This document shows, piece after piece, positions 30,869-43,624 of a stretch of 64,000 bases of DNA (the stretch's first letter is position 1; each line of letters opens with the position of its first letter). Source of the DNA: Mizuhopecten yessoensis (Eukaryota). Under the pieces are notes generated by a model. The model was not told the origin of the DNA, made no database searches, and was given only the letters and a program-made list of their open reading frames with translations. The position numbers and the translations under genes are program-made. The stretch lies in NCBI RefSeq assembly GCF_002113885.1, contig NW_018408386.1, positions 13,957-77,956 on the forward strand, written 5' to 3'.

Positions 30869-31143
30869 GGGGCACAGTAGTCTAGTGGAAGGACGCCGGG
30901 CTCGTTAACGGAGGGTCGCGGGTTCGAGTCATGTCACGGCACTGTGTTGTATATTTGACCAAAATACTTAACTCCGCTTGTTCTAGTCTACTCAGCTGTA
31001 AATGAGTACGTGGCTTGGCGATGCTGGAATTGTTGAATATTAGCTGTGAGCGCCAAAATGGCAGCAACGGCTGTATGCTCCCTAGAGAGTTGAGAAAGTT
31101 GTAAACCACTTTGAGACGACCTATGTTGTGATAAAGCGGTATT
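30869..31143 (+). mobile_element. tRNA-derived SINE, CORE-SINE-like
   Basis: A box TAGTCTAGTGG, B box GGTTCGAGTC; CORE-like TGTGTTGTATATTTGACCAAAATACTTAAC...CTCAGCTGTAAATGAGTAC; tail ACTTTGAG...ATAAAGCGGTAT. Confidence 0.8.
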
Positions 31144-31179
31144 GTGTATTAACCAATGTAATATGACTTATCAGCCCTG

Positions 31180-31315
31180 TGATTGGTTGTAAGTTTCAAT
31201 TGTGACGTGCATGACGTCACAGACTAACGCACTGGCGTCAAAATGGCGGCTCTTTACATTTCAATGTAGCATGAAAATTGTCGTATTACACTCATTCTCC
31301 TTTTGCGAGGTAATT
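31180..31315 (+). promoter_or_regulatory. Candidate promoter/first exon (CCAAT, CRE, YY1-like motif, donor)
   Basis: GATTGG ~31181, TGACGTCA 31212-31219, CAAAATGGCGGC 31239-31250, GAG|GTAATT donor at 31310. Could equally be transposon-borne motifs. Confidence 0.25.
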
Positions 31316-31699
31316 TCAATTACAATTTATACAGATACACAGATTTATTTTGCTATATACTTAAGATATTTACAAGATTAACGATCATATGATAGTCAGT
31401 TTGTTACAAAATGATTCATGAACGAACGAACTTATCATTTTATAGTTCAAACAGTTGCGGTTGATTTTCCTAGTATTTACCCTGACTGAGATTCACATGT
31501 CAACAGTTCTCCGTGTAAACGAAATTGTAATACCTCTCCATTTTCAAACATATTTTATTAAAAAGGCAAATTAAACAGTGTATTATAGAGGTTGTCAAAG
31601 ACCTAATACGCTTCTGTCTGATACATATAACGCCTAAAAATATTGACGGTGAACAAAATCGTCTACAGCCTCTCATTTTCCCGCCAACACTCTCTGCAG

Positions 31700-31760
31700 G
31701 CCCCTCCTTCCTCCTCCTCCTCCTCCCTCCCTCCTTCCTCCTCATCTCACTCTCTCCACT
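31700..31760. repeat. (CCT)n pyrimidine-rich microsatellite
   Basis: CCTCCTTCCTCCTCCTCCTCCTCCCTCCC... Confidence 0.9.
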
Positions 31761-32395
31761 TTAATGTTCTTTGTTCTTACAAATGAAGTGGGAACATGGC
31801 TTTGTTGGCTTCATTAGTATATGATTTGACAACCTATGATAATGCTTCCCCGGCCATATTTCTGGTAATTTGCATTGGTGTATATGTTTTATAACATTAT
31901 ATCCATTTATCAAAACATCTTTATATGTATCAAAATCTACTCCCAGGAATGAACGCGATTATTTCGTGGTTAACTACATTCCACAATAGCATTGGTGCCG
32001 TGATGTTTTGCTAACAACACACACGAACGAGAATTTCCAGCCATCAGACACTCCCCCGAGACCATTACACTGGTCATTTCAAAATCCATCTAATTGATGT
32101 AGACGTCCCATTCTGCCAAAGACCCCAATAAGGAGGCGATGCATTGGGCCCTTGGGGACGAAGTACTTCCTTCATCGGTGACACCTGGCCGTTAAGCCTT
32201 TTAGAACATGTTTAGCCTGGGAACCGTATTTTGACCAGTGGGGATACGTCAGTGGTCGGCTAGTTAGCTTTCGTGATCACGTGACGAGACTAAATTATGG
32301 TTGTACCTCGCTTCTTAGCTATTTAGATGTTGGCGTATATGTAATTGAATACGCTTTGTCCAAACAAAATGAGATCACAAAGGAGCAATATAATT

Positions 32396-33479
32396 ATAAC
32401 AGAGACAACGTCATTACATGATATTGACATGACCATCACGTAACTGTGAAAACTTCATATAACAGAGACAACGTCATAACATGATATTGACATCACCATC
32501 ACGTAACTTTGACAACTTCATATAACAGAGACAACGTCATTACATGATATTGACATCACCATCACGTAACTGTGACAACTTCATATAACAGAGACAACGT
32601 CATTACATGATATTGACATCACCATCACGTAACTGTGACAACTTCATATAACAGAGACAACGTCATTACATGATATTGACATCACCATCACGTAACTGTG
32701 ACAACTTCATATAACAGAGACAACGTCATTACATGATATTGACATCACCATCACGTAACTGTGACAACTTCATATAACAGAGACAACGTCATTACATGAT
32801 ATTGACATCACCATCACGTAACTGTGACAACTTCATATAACAGAGACAACGTCATTACATGATATTGACATCACCATCACGTAACTGTGACAACTTCATA
32901 TAACAGAGACAACGTCATTACATGATATTGACATCACCATCACGTAACTGTGACAACTTCATATAACAGAGACAACGTCATTACATGATATTGACATCAC
33001 CATCACGTAACTGTGACAACTTCATATAACAGAGACAACGTCATTACATGATATTGACATCACCATCACGTAACTGTGACAACTTCATATAACAGAGACA
33101 ACGTCATTACATGATATTGACATCACCATCACGTAACTGTGACAACTTCATATAACAGAGACAACGTCATTACATGATATTGACATCACCATCACGTAAC
33201 TGTGACAACTTCATATAACAGAGACAACGTCATTACATGATATTGACATCACCATCACGTAACTGTGACATCTTCATATAACAGAGACAGCGTCATTACA
33301 TGATATTGACATCACCATCACGTAACTGTGACAACTTCATATAACAGAGACAACGTCATTACATGATATTGACATCACCATCACGTAACTGTGACAACTT
33401 CATATAACAGAGACAACGTCATTACATGATATTGACGTCACCATCACGTAACTGTGACAACTTCATATAACAGAGACAA
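32396..33479. repeat. 63-bp near-perfect minisatellite (~17 copies)
   Basis: Unit ATAACAGAGACAACGTCATTACATGATATTGACATCACCATCACGTAACTGTGACAACTTCAT, period 63. Confidence 0.98.
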
Positions 33480-34114
33480 GGAATGTTTGTAGGCCATGGG
33501 CGTTGTTGTTGTATGGACGGAGGGTGTGGCTGTGTGGTAGGCCAGTGACGTGTGTAGTACCCGAGGATGTGAATCAATTGTAGGTCAGGCACGTTTTTGT
33601 TGTAGTAACTGATGATGTGGCCGTGTGTGGTTATTGAGGTAACTAATTGTTGTAGGTCAGGGACGTTTTTGTTGTAACAACTGACGATGTGTCCGTACGA
33701 TAGGTCAGGAATATGTCTGCAGATTATACAAAATGATTTGTCCTTGGGACACTCCGGCATTTCGACATTTTTCTATTATTTCTGTTATTGTATACACTTA
33801 GACATAATAACACAGTCTCTAGATACTACAATTAACAGAGACAAGTGTTCACTTAAGGTATCCCCCTACCGTGAATGTATTTGAATGGAGAAATATCAAC
33901 CCAAGGGATGGGTGTATTGTTGATTGCCTAACCCGAGGCTTGCTTCAGCCCAAAGTAAAGGATTTATCTATCTGTAAATACTGCAATGCCCTCTTTCGAG
34001 TACTCTGTGCAGCGTTAATCCCAATGTTTGAAATTTCTTTGGTATCCCTCACCACAGGAAATGATTTTGTATCTCCCATCCTATAAATGACTTGCTACGA
34101 AACAAATAAAAAGT

Positions 34115-34390
34115 AACACGCGTGACTACAGTGACAAAAACAAGACACTTGACTGGACTCTCAATAGTGACGCAAAGGAGGCACGTGACTGGACTCTCAA
34201 TATTGACACAAAGGAGGCACGTGACTTGACTCTCAAAAGTGACACAAAGGAGGCACGTGACTTGACTCTCAATAGTGACAAAGGAGGCACGTGACTTGAC
34301 TCTCAACAGTGACACAAAGGAGGCACGTGACTGGACTCTCAACATCGACACAAAGGAGATATGTGACTGGACTCCCAACAGTGACAGAAA
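34115..34390. repeat. 36-bp minisatellite (~7 copies)
   Basis: Unit GTGACACAAAGGAGGCACGTGACTTGACTCTCAATA. Confidence 0.93.
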
Positions 34391-35712
34391 GACGGTATTG
34401 AAACGCCTTTGCTCAATCACTCTATTTTTCTAAGTTGTGACATTTCTTTTCATCCTTGTGTCATGTTGGTGAAATTGTGACCTCCTTCCTTTTTTTCTTG
34501 TCATCCCGTATTATACTCATTCCGGCTCCATTGTGACCTCAATCTGCTCCTGCATGGCCCCACTTTCTTTCGTGGTGATATGCTCTAACTTTACAGTGAC
34601 TTAGCAAAATCTTTTCAGTAGTGACCGCGTCTACCCCTCTCTCCTCACAAACCATTAGTAGTACTACAAGTATGATTGAGTCTTCTAAAGTGTCCAGGAG
34701 AACTGGTAAGAGACACATGAACATGTCATTATTCTTTCTCTTCATTACATGTATATCGGTTTATTTAGAATTGTCTTAAATAATCATAAGTCATAACCGC
34801 TTTCCCCTTCAGGATTGCCGAAAATGAACGGTCAGACTGTAGCGCACTGCATGATTGTATGCCCCAACTATTTTATATCTGTGTCTCTAAATGTACCTAT
34901 TGTTTACCCACTGTATAGCTCGTGGCTGAGTATAATTGTAATGTGAAAGGGTTGTAGGACGTAAAGAGATGATAAAATAACCTCATTCTTGCTGGGTGCT
35001 CTTTGGGCAAACATTGGTTAGCTGAATACAATGCTTTGCAGAATTGGCTAACATACACTTTCACGATTGATAGAAACGGATGACGCTGGGCGCCCTGCAC
35101 GACCCATCCAATTCAGCCCTACCCAGCACCCCTGTCAAATTACTTGTGGAGATCGATGGCCCTGGGTGACCCATGCCCCGAGCCGCTAGCGAGGACAGTT
35201 ATATATTTATATTGGAGTGATCAGCACCGTCTAGACACCCTGATGGAAGGGTCGATAACTTCACATCGTTAAGTTGTTAATGACCGGGCTTCATTTAAGA
35301 AGACTTGACTCTCAGCCCGCTTGCTTACATTGATCAAGGAACGAAATCGCAATAGAGATGAACCCTGCTGTCATAAATCAATACAAACAATATCGTAGAA
35401 ATGTCGATTACTCAACGAGTACGTGGATTTCTTGTTAAACTACGGAACAGAATCTAAGTATCAAGGAGCTCGTATAAGCCCCATCACAAACGTTAATTTC
35501 TAAAGACGTTTTTTAAGGTGGGAATGTAAATTATCAAAGTCCATGACGTTTACTATCATATTCCAAGATTGTTAAATTTTTAAAGCTTACCAACATAATC
35601 CTGCCTTGCAAAGCTAAAAATATTAACTTTCACGGTGTAATTTCGTTTGAGAAAGGAAAGGGAATGTCCCACACTCATGTTTTCTATAGCTTTTCCTTTT
35701 TCCTTTGATAAG

Positions 35713-35777
35713 GATGTGTAAACAATATAATGTCAGACGTTTTAACCAGGTCGTCACACTTAATATACTTGTGACAG
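35713..35777 (+). other. Candidate non-coding (5'UTR) exon
   Basis: Strong pyrimidine tract CTTTTCCTTTTTCCTTTGATAAG| and CAG|GTAACC donor. The exon at 42355 starts with an acceptor, so upstream exon(s) are expected. Confidence 0.3.
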
Positions 35778-36450
35778 GTAACCGAGGCGACAAAACTACA
35801 TACTTGTGATAGGTAACCGAGTCGACCAATCTACATACTTGTGACAGGTAAACAAGGCGACAAATATACAAACATGTGACAGGTAACCATGGCGACAAAA
35901 CTACATATTTGTGACAGGTAACCAAGGCGACAAATCTACAAACTTGTGACAGGTAACCAAGGCGACAAAACTACATATTTGTGACAGGTAACCATGGCGA
36001 CCAATCTACATACGTGTGACGGGTAACCAAGGCTACAAATCTACAAACTTGTGACAGGTAACCATGGCGACAAATCTACATACGTGTGACGTGTAACCAA
36101 GGCTACAAATCTACAAACTTGTGACAGGTAACCATGGCGACAAATCTACATTAATATGACAGGTAACCAAGGCGATAAATCTACATTAGTATGACAGGTA
36201 ACCAAGGCGACAAATCTACATTCTTGTCACAGGTCCTCAAAGCGACAAAGCTACATAATTGCGACAAGTAACAAGGGCAACAAAGCTTCAATTTTGTGAC
36301 AGGTAGCCCGGACAACAAATATACATTCTTGTGACAGGTAACCAATGCCACAAATCTACATTATTGTCAAGGTAACCAATGCGACATAGCTACATTATTG
36401 CGACAAGTAACCTGGTCAACAAAGCTATATAATTGTGACAAGTAACCTAG
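35765..36450. repeat. 35-bp minisatellite (~19 copies), units carry a CAG|GTAACC donor-like site
   Basis: Unit CTACATACTTGTGACAGGTAACCAAGGCGACAAAT, period 35, decaying rightwards. Confidence 0.95.
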
Positions 36451-36790
36451 GGTAACGGTTGGTCAACATAATGGATTTTTGTTTTGCTGATTACAGACAA
36501 CTGTTGTTAATTTGAACAAACTTATATCTTTAAGAAAATGTACATAAATAACGAATTTATAGAGAATGCATTAAACATTTTTCTTTGAAACTTTGTATAA
36601 GCGTCAGCGTTATATGAAGTTAGGCATGTCGAACGGGGTCATACATAATCTACATTTTAGTGAAGTATTTTAGTGCAGTTTTTGACTGCAGCACTGGAAT
36701 CATGTATCTCGGTCTTAATCTGAAATTCGTATATCTTGGGAGACCTCAGCTACGCGAGCACCAGGTGGCGCATTGCATTGACGTTACAGT

Positions 36791-36868
36791 TAATAATAAT
36801 ATAATAATATACAGCATTTATATAGCGCCCTATATAATTTGTAAAATTACTCAAAAGCGCTTTACAAC
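36791..36868 (-). mobile_element. 3' end of L2/CR1-type LINE or its SINE
   Basis: Minus strand reads GTAAAGCGCTTTTGAG...GGGCGCTATATAAATGCTGTATATTATTATATTATTATTA, a typical L2-type tail. Confidence 0.6.
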
Positions 36869-37519
36869 ATATGGATAATAGTAATGGTTATAATTGTGAA
36901 AACAAATAACAAAGGCTTGCAATCACCTTTATACATTTAAGCAAGCAATGTGCACATAATTGAACAAATTAAAGGGTGGTATTTACATAACGTCTTTGCA
37001 AAGATTCTAAAATGCAGACGTGAAGAGGTGAGTTTAGATGTCCCTCTATACAAGTTACAAGATACAAGTACCAAAGTACCGATTTTCGTTTCCCGTGCCT
37101 CCGTTTCTCAGTATTTCGGGGCGACTTTCTCTATTAGTTGATGTTTTACAGACGCCGTTTCACTCTCATTTAACCAAAAAATAGTGTAACTACTCTTCTT
37201 CAAAAATATCGTAATTTTACAATTCAAATGTAAGGAGTGTGAATCGACATTATATATAATCTCTTACATCAGTTAGCGGTACTGAGCAGAGTCATAAACA
37301 ATACCTGTATAATTTTCACAAAACTCTGCATTTCTGATTTGTTGTTGTTGACAAAACAGGAAGTAATATGCATTAGCAATCGCATGGCTTATCTTTTCTG
37401 TGATATGACAGCAATACAATGTTAACCTGATACGTCCACCGCCAGCGCTGTGTACTGACATCGGAACCAAAGATTGAGACTGATCTCGTAATTTCATGTT
37501 TATGTCAAACACAAAAGTT

Positions 37520-38780
37520 CGAATACAATAAAAAGTTCGTTTTTCTTTTTTTTTACAATACAATAGTTTGGTCCCCATTGATTACAATACAATACTTCAA
37601 TCACATTAATTACAATACAATACATGTAGTTCGAATACAATAAAAAGTTCGATTCTAATTGATTACAAAACAACAGTTCGATCCCCATTGATTACAATAA
37701 AATAGTTCGGTCCCCATTGATTACAAAACAATAGTTCGGTCCCCATTGATTACAATACAATAGTTCGGTCCCCATTGATTACAAAACAATAGTTCGGTCA
37801 GCATTGATTACAAAACAATAGTTCGGTCAGCATTGATTTCAGTACAATAGTTCGGTCTTCATTGATTACAATACAATATTTGGATCCCAATTGATTAAAA
37901 AACAATAGTTCGATTCCCATTAATTACAATACAATAAATGTAGTTCGAATACAATAAAAAGTTCGATTCTAATTGATTACAATACAATAGTTCGATCCCC
38001 ATTGATTACAATACAATATTTGGATTCCCATTGATTACAATACAATAGTTCGATCTCCATTGATTAAAATAAAACAGTTCGACCCCCCATTTATTACAAT
38101 AAAATAGTTTCATATCCATTGATTAGAATACAATATGTGGTTCCCTATTGATTACAATACAACAGTTCGATCCCCATTGATTACAAAACAATAGTTCGGT
38201 CCCCTTTGATTACAATACAACAGTTCGATCTCCATTGATTAAAATAAAACAGTTCGACCCCCATTTATTACAATAAAATAGTTTCATATCCATTTATTAG
38301 AATACAATATGTGGTTCCCTATTGATTACAATACAACAGTTCGATCCCCATTGATTACAAAACAATAGTTCGATCCCCATTGATTACAATACAACAGTTC
38401 GATCCCCATTGATTACAAAACAATAGTTCGATCCCCATTGATTACAAAACAATAGTTCGGTCCCCATTGATTACAAAACAATAGTTCGGTCCCCATTGAT
38501 TACAATACAATAGTTCGATCTCCATTGATTACAATACAACAGTTCTATCTCCATTTATTACAATACAATAGTTCGATTCCCATAGATTACAATACAATAG
38601 TTCGATTCCCATCGATTACAATACAACAGTGCTATCCCCATGTATTACTATACAAATGTTCGACCTCCAGTGATTACAATGCAATAGTTTGATTCTCATT
38701 TATTTCAATAGTTCGGTTCCCGTTTATTACAATACTATAGTTCGATCCCCATTGATTACAATAGTTCGGTTTCCGTTTAG
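37520..38780. repeat. 29-bp minisatellite (~43 copies)
   Basis: Unit TTGATTACAATACAATAGTTCGATCCCCA, period 29. Confidence 0.95.
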
Positions 38781-39519
38781 TTTGAATTCTGTTATCATAT
38801 ACAATGCAATGACATGGAGTGACTCATAATTCCACTCGCGCGCGTAGTAAGAATCCCGTGTAACCGATACATAGATTTAACCGTGTCAGTCTACTACGTT
38901 TACTTCAATTCGATCTTATTTTGTAACCACTGCAAACATAAAGCAACACATTACACAAATAAAAACGGAGTCGGCATATTGATTATCATTTCACTCCACA
39001 TTGTTGTTACAACATAATAATTATTGGAAAAATAAAACACGTCGACAGTCACACAAAGAATATATATGCTTCTGCTTCTAACGAAAAGGATAGCAAGTAT
39101 GAGATTATGTCATATTGACGTTATCACATGCATAGGCCATTAAAATACCTATATGGAGGGAGAGGTAAAAACTAGCGAGATGTAGTTACGACCCGAAGCA
39201 GTTAAAATGGGGACCAAAGGAAACATCACGTTATGTAATTTAGTTTATAACAAACTATAGCTTCGGTAAGCACCAGAGTTATGTAAGTAAACTGTTAGAT
39301 ATAATCTTATAAAGCACCAGAGGGTTCTCTGAAGTATGAAATATATGTGGGCTGCAACAATAAACATTAAGTAAACAGTTAGTAAACATTTATTACCTCA
39401 TGTATATATATACTTAGAATCTGACAATAAAACGGAAGCGTCATCAAATTTCTACAAGTTTTATTTCTTTAAACACCAATTATTTTTCTTTCTGATTACG
39501 AGGCCTTGTTCTAGCAGAC

Positions 39520-40090
39520 AGACACAAATCCTTGTTCTACCTCATAGACATGAGCTCTTGTTCCATATCACAGACACGAGCTCTTGTTTCTTTTCATATA
39601 GACAAAATCTCATGTTTCATATCATACGAAAGTTCTTGTTCCATATCATAGACACGAGCTCTTGTTCAATATCATAGACATGAGCTTTTGTTCTATATCA
39701 TAGACACGAGCTCTTGTTCCATATCATAGACATGAGCTCTTGTTCTATATCATAGACACGAGCACCTGTTCTATATCATAGACACGAGCTCTTGTTCCAT
39801 ATCATAAACACGAGCTCTTACTCTATATCATAGACACGAGCTCTTGTTCTATATCATAGGCATGAGCTCTTGTTCTATTTCATAGACTCGATACATTGTT
39901 CCGTCTCACGGACACTAGACTTTGTTCTAAGTAATAGGCACAAGACCTTGTTCTAACTCATAAACACGATACATTGTTCTATATCTCATAGACACGAGAC
40001 ATTGTTCTATACAATAAGCACGAGCTCTTGTTCTTTCTTTTATACTCGAGACCTTGTTCCTTCTCATAGATATGAGCGCTTGTCCTTTAT
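39520..40090. repeat. 26-bp minisatellite (~20 copies, diverged edges)
   Basis: Unit ATATCATAGACACGAGCTCTTGTTCT. Confidence 0.92.
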
Positions 40091-41176
40091 ACAGACACGA
40101 TTTCTTGCAGTGACAAGAGCTAAGAAACCACAGTGGCGAGACATAAAAACTCATGACACTGCACGACAGAAAGCGAACGTTGATACTATGTGGCGTCAGT
40201 TTGAAAACAGACACCAATCGACTTGCCACTTGTAAATATTTTACTATCACACAGGAAATAAAGACTGATATTAAAAGTCGTTATCAGATTAACAGTCCAA
40301 GGCCAAAATAGATTAAGTTTGTTTCGCCCCTATCTCCAATATTTCCGACATTTGATATTTAAATGCAAAACAAAGATTCTATTTTAATACTTGTTCTAAC
40401 AGAATTTGAAACTGACGACAGGAAGTCCGCGTGACAAATTTCAGGGAAACACAAAGGCTCTAGAAAGTTATTATATGCTTTCACTTTTGATAATATTCAT
40501 AACGACATTCATGCATTTTCCTTGTTTATTTTGCACCAATGGCCTCTTCGTGACGATTATATACTAATGATGCCATTTCACTAATCGTCGCAGAACGCAG
40601 AAAAACACACAAAAGGAGAAGTGCTTAGGGGTCATTGGAAAAGACCAAAAAGACCCTTTGCTTCGACCATAGCATTTTAAAACATCTCTATATCTTCTCT
40701 GCCTCTACCATTTATTACAAGTTTGTGATTTCTGTTTGAAATCGATTATTGATTATTGATTTTCTATGAATAATCATCATATTATGGCAGCTATACCCAA
40801 TTCAGATGACATTTACATCAGCTATGGAATTCGGTGTTCCTGTTGACATTAACAATGAATATGGAGAGGTGTCATTTAACTGACAAGATTCAAGGATCAC
40901 AATAAACATTAAATCCGGAACTGGGCTATAAAAGTCATCACTTTAAGAAAATATACTCGTCAAATTAAAAGTTAACTATGCGGGCTTAAAAACACGCTTG
41001 ACAAATATTAAGATTTTTTTTTTATATATATATAAATTAGACTAAACTGCTTGAATTTTTTATAATTTATCATAATATTGTAACTGATACACAGATTGGT
41101 CAAACGATCCTTGGATTAGAAGCCGGCTGTATATAAAACAAGTTGCGCCACCAAAAAAGCATAGCAGTCAAATGAC

Positions 41177-41270
41177 CATCGTCGGATACCCACGGTTGAT
41201 TTTGCTGCGGTACTAACTTATCATAATGAGTGAGTACCGAAGCGAAATCAACCGTGGGTATCCGACGTTG
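41177..41270. mobile_element. 94-bp palindromic MITE with 9-bp TSD (Mutator-like)
   Basis: 38-bp TIRs (35/38 match); direct repeat TCAAATGAC at 41168-41176 and 41271-41279. Confidence 0.9.
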
Positions 41271-42046
41271 TCAAATGACAGGTATATAACAAGAAATAAA
41301 ATATTTGAACTTGAGATTTGGCAAATTTAAAATATATCAAAGTGTTTGGAAATATACGTAAACAGATTGTTTCATTGTTCATTGATTAGGCCTAACTGAT
41401 GAACGGCCATAACTTTGGAACTCTTTGGTGCCGGGATGATAATTGAGGGAGGACCTGTCTGCTGTGCCATATGTTGTTGGCGGGGATATCAGACTGGTAC
41501 TTTATTATGTGTTTGTGGTCGCTCATAGTCTGCTTTGCAATCAGATAAACTGCTTAATTATTTTATATGTTTCTTTATGATTACGTGTCGTCTATTTGAT
41601 ATTATGAATAATTAGATAAGGCACTGATGAATCGTGATTAACCGTTACGCATGGTTAGATCATGTGATTAACGTTCACAATTCAAGTTTTATTCGAACTT
41701 TCAATTAGAGCTGTCATTTTCAGATAAGATTATTTATGTACTAAACCGCTGTTTTATGGCTGTTATGCCTATACCGTATAGCAATACCAACTACAGAACA
41801 GAGAAAAAACGTAAACCTAAAAAAACACTCTGACAGCGATTGAATACATTTTGAGTTATCTGGGTTGTTGTGTGTTTTAAAAAATTGGGTCATAAAATTC
41901 TCGCTACCACGAGGAGCTACTATCAATTCATCAACAACGATACGATAACTGTGTATGGAAGGTTATGAAATAAGATCATTGCAATGATAAAATTGTCCGT
42001 GCCACATTAAGTTGAATATACCGGCATAGATCTACATCCTACCACA

Positions 42047-42156
42047 GGAGCCTAAAATTCTGTCAAAAATTAATATAATATGCTTAAAAATTAAACATAT
42101 TATAGGTACTTTTTGTATTACTGTTATTATTAATTTTTGACAGAATTTCAGACTCC
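42047..42156. mobile_element. Foldback/MITE-like inverted repeat
   Basis: GGAGCCTAAAATTCTGTCAAAAATTAAT ... ATTAATTTTTGACAGAATTTCAGACTCC; no clear TSD. Confidence 0.65.
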
Positions 42157-42364
42157 AGAAAAATACTGAAGGTCCAAGTTTTCGAGTTTGGCTTCACACA
42201 GGGTTATGTGAAAATGAAAGTAGAAAAGAGGGAATCAAAGGGGAACAACTCTTATTTAAAAAGGGACGAATCCGCCATATTCAAAAGAATCATTTGGGGA
42301 GACTGCTTTGGTAAACAAATTAAGTTGTGCTGTTAATCTAGTTAATACTTTCAGATATAATCTA

Positions 42365-42433
42365 ATGCAGCCAGTAACAGTCCTAAAGAAGTGTTTGTTG
42401 TCTGTGAAGATTCCATTTGGAGCGTCGTCATGA
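42365..42433 (+). promoter_or_regulatory. uORF (22 aa) whose TGA overlaps the main ATG (ATGA)
   Basis: ATG 42365 gives MQPVTVLKKCLLSVKIPFGASS*; stop TGA 42431-42433 overlaps ATG 42430-42432; lies inside the exon starting 42355. Confidence 0.55.
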
Positions 42434-42586
42434 ACTGGCTGCTGGCAGCGGCTGGATTGTTAACAATCTACACGTTACGTACGGTGCTTTGTCATACCAT
42501 TACCACCGAGACGGGAGCAGGTTACCATTGCATGAACGTTACACAGGCCTTCCACCAACGAGGCACATCTGACGCGGACCAAACAG
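42430..42586 (+). CDS. Coding exon 1 of uncharacterised Cys-rich multi-pass membrane (receptor-like) protein; signal peptide
   Basis: Acceptor TTTCAG ends 42354; in-frame TAA at 42358; ATG at 42430 (gtcATGa). Translation MNWLLAAAGLLTIYTLRTVLC-HTITTETGAGYHCMNVTQAFHQRGTSDADQT has a hydrophobic N-terminus. Donor CAG|GTAGTA at 42587; 157 nt, phase 1, matches the next exon. Confidence 0.75.
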
Positions 42587-43624
42587 GTAGTAGATAAACA
42601 GTATTCAATCGGTTCGTTCACGTGGTCACTCCTNTTCGAGAGAAATTATGACTAAGGAATATTTGAAATTTGGGTTTGTTTTAAGGATGCTGTACCATGT
42701 ATTCTCGAAGGAGTAGCCAACGAACTAATTATTCAACTCCCAACACCCCTAATGCTTTATAAATCTCGTCTGTTCCTCTTCCTCGTCACAACACGTTCAG
42801 AATCTGTATGCTGTTTTCACATATTTAGTGTCTGTAGTTCTCAAATTTTCAATCTGTGTGCTGTTTTCACTCTGGGAACCAAATGAACATTTCATTCAGT
42901 AGGCCCAGTTTAGATTATTTTAAATATGTTTTATTACAAAAGATACTAGGCTATATGAATGATTGGGCTCATTTTTTTTTTACCAAAATACAATTCATTT
43001 CAATTCAACTTTATAGCATTTGCATCTAAACAAAGTTACACTTTATGGATCGAACAGCAAATTAACACATTTTTTTTATATTAGCAAACAGGTAAGAACT
43101 ATGCTCTGAATATAAAAATAATATTGAACTATTAAAGCACTTTGCAAGCCCGCGTTCAAGTTCAAAAGAGTTTTTAATGAAGAGACCCAAATCGCGCAAA
43201 CGTTTTGGTTCATTTAATGAAAGTATCCTCTGTAAGTTTTTCACGTCATTTAAAGATGAAATTGATTTATTTTTTTCGAAAAATATTTTTCTTGTGTCAT
43301 ATTTTGTACGTACAATAAAAAAATGTACCTCGTCTTCTAGTGTTTACGGTTCTCACAAAGATGAAGTTACCTAGTAATTATTTTTAGGCTAGCTCAGCTT
43401 ATTTCAATTTCAAGAATATGGGAAAAAAATATAGGTAAACGCAATGGATCTGTCTCGGGGATAGCCTATAACATTGGGATTTGCTCTTGTGCCCTCTATT
43501 ATGGGACACAAAAGCGACCAAAACAAATCTGCTGCATCCATTGCAATATTTGGGATCTTTCTTTCTCCTAGCGTCTTGCTTGGCAACACCTCACTTTTGG
43601 CTTTAATGTTGATGTTTTAAGGCA

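Noticed and set aside
32396-33479. CRISPR-like array (also considered for the 35-, 36- and 43-bp arrays)
   Set aside because: Units are head-to-tail with no unique spacers; there are no cas genes and the context is eukaryotic.
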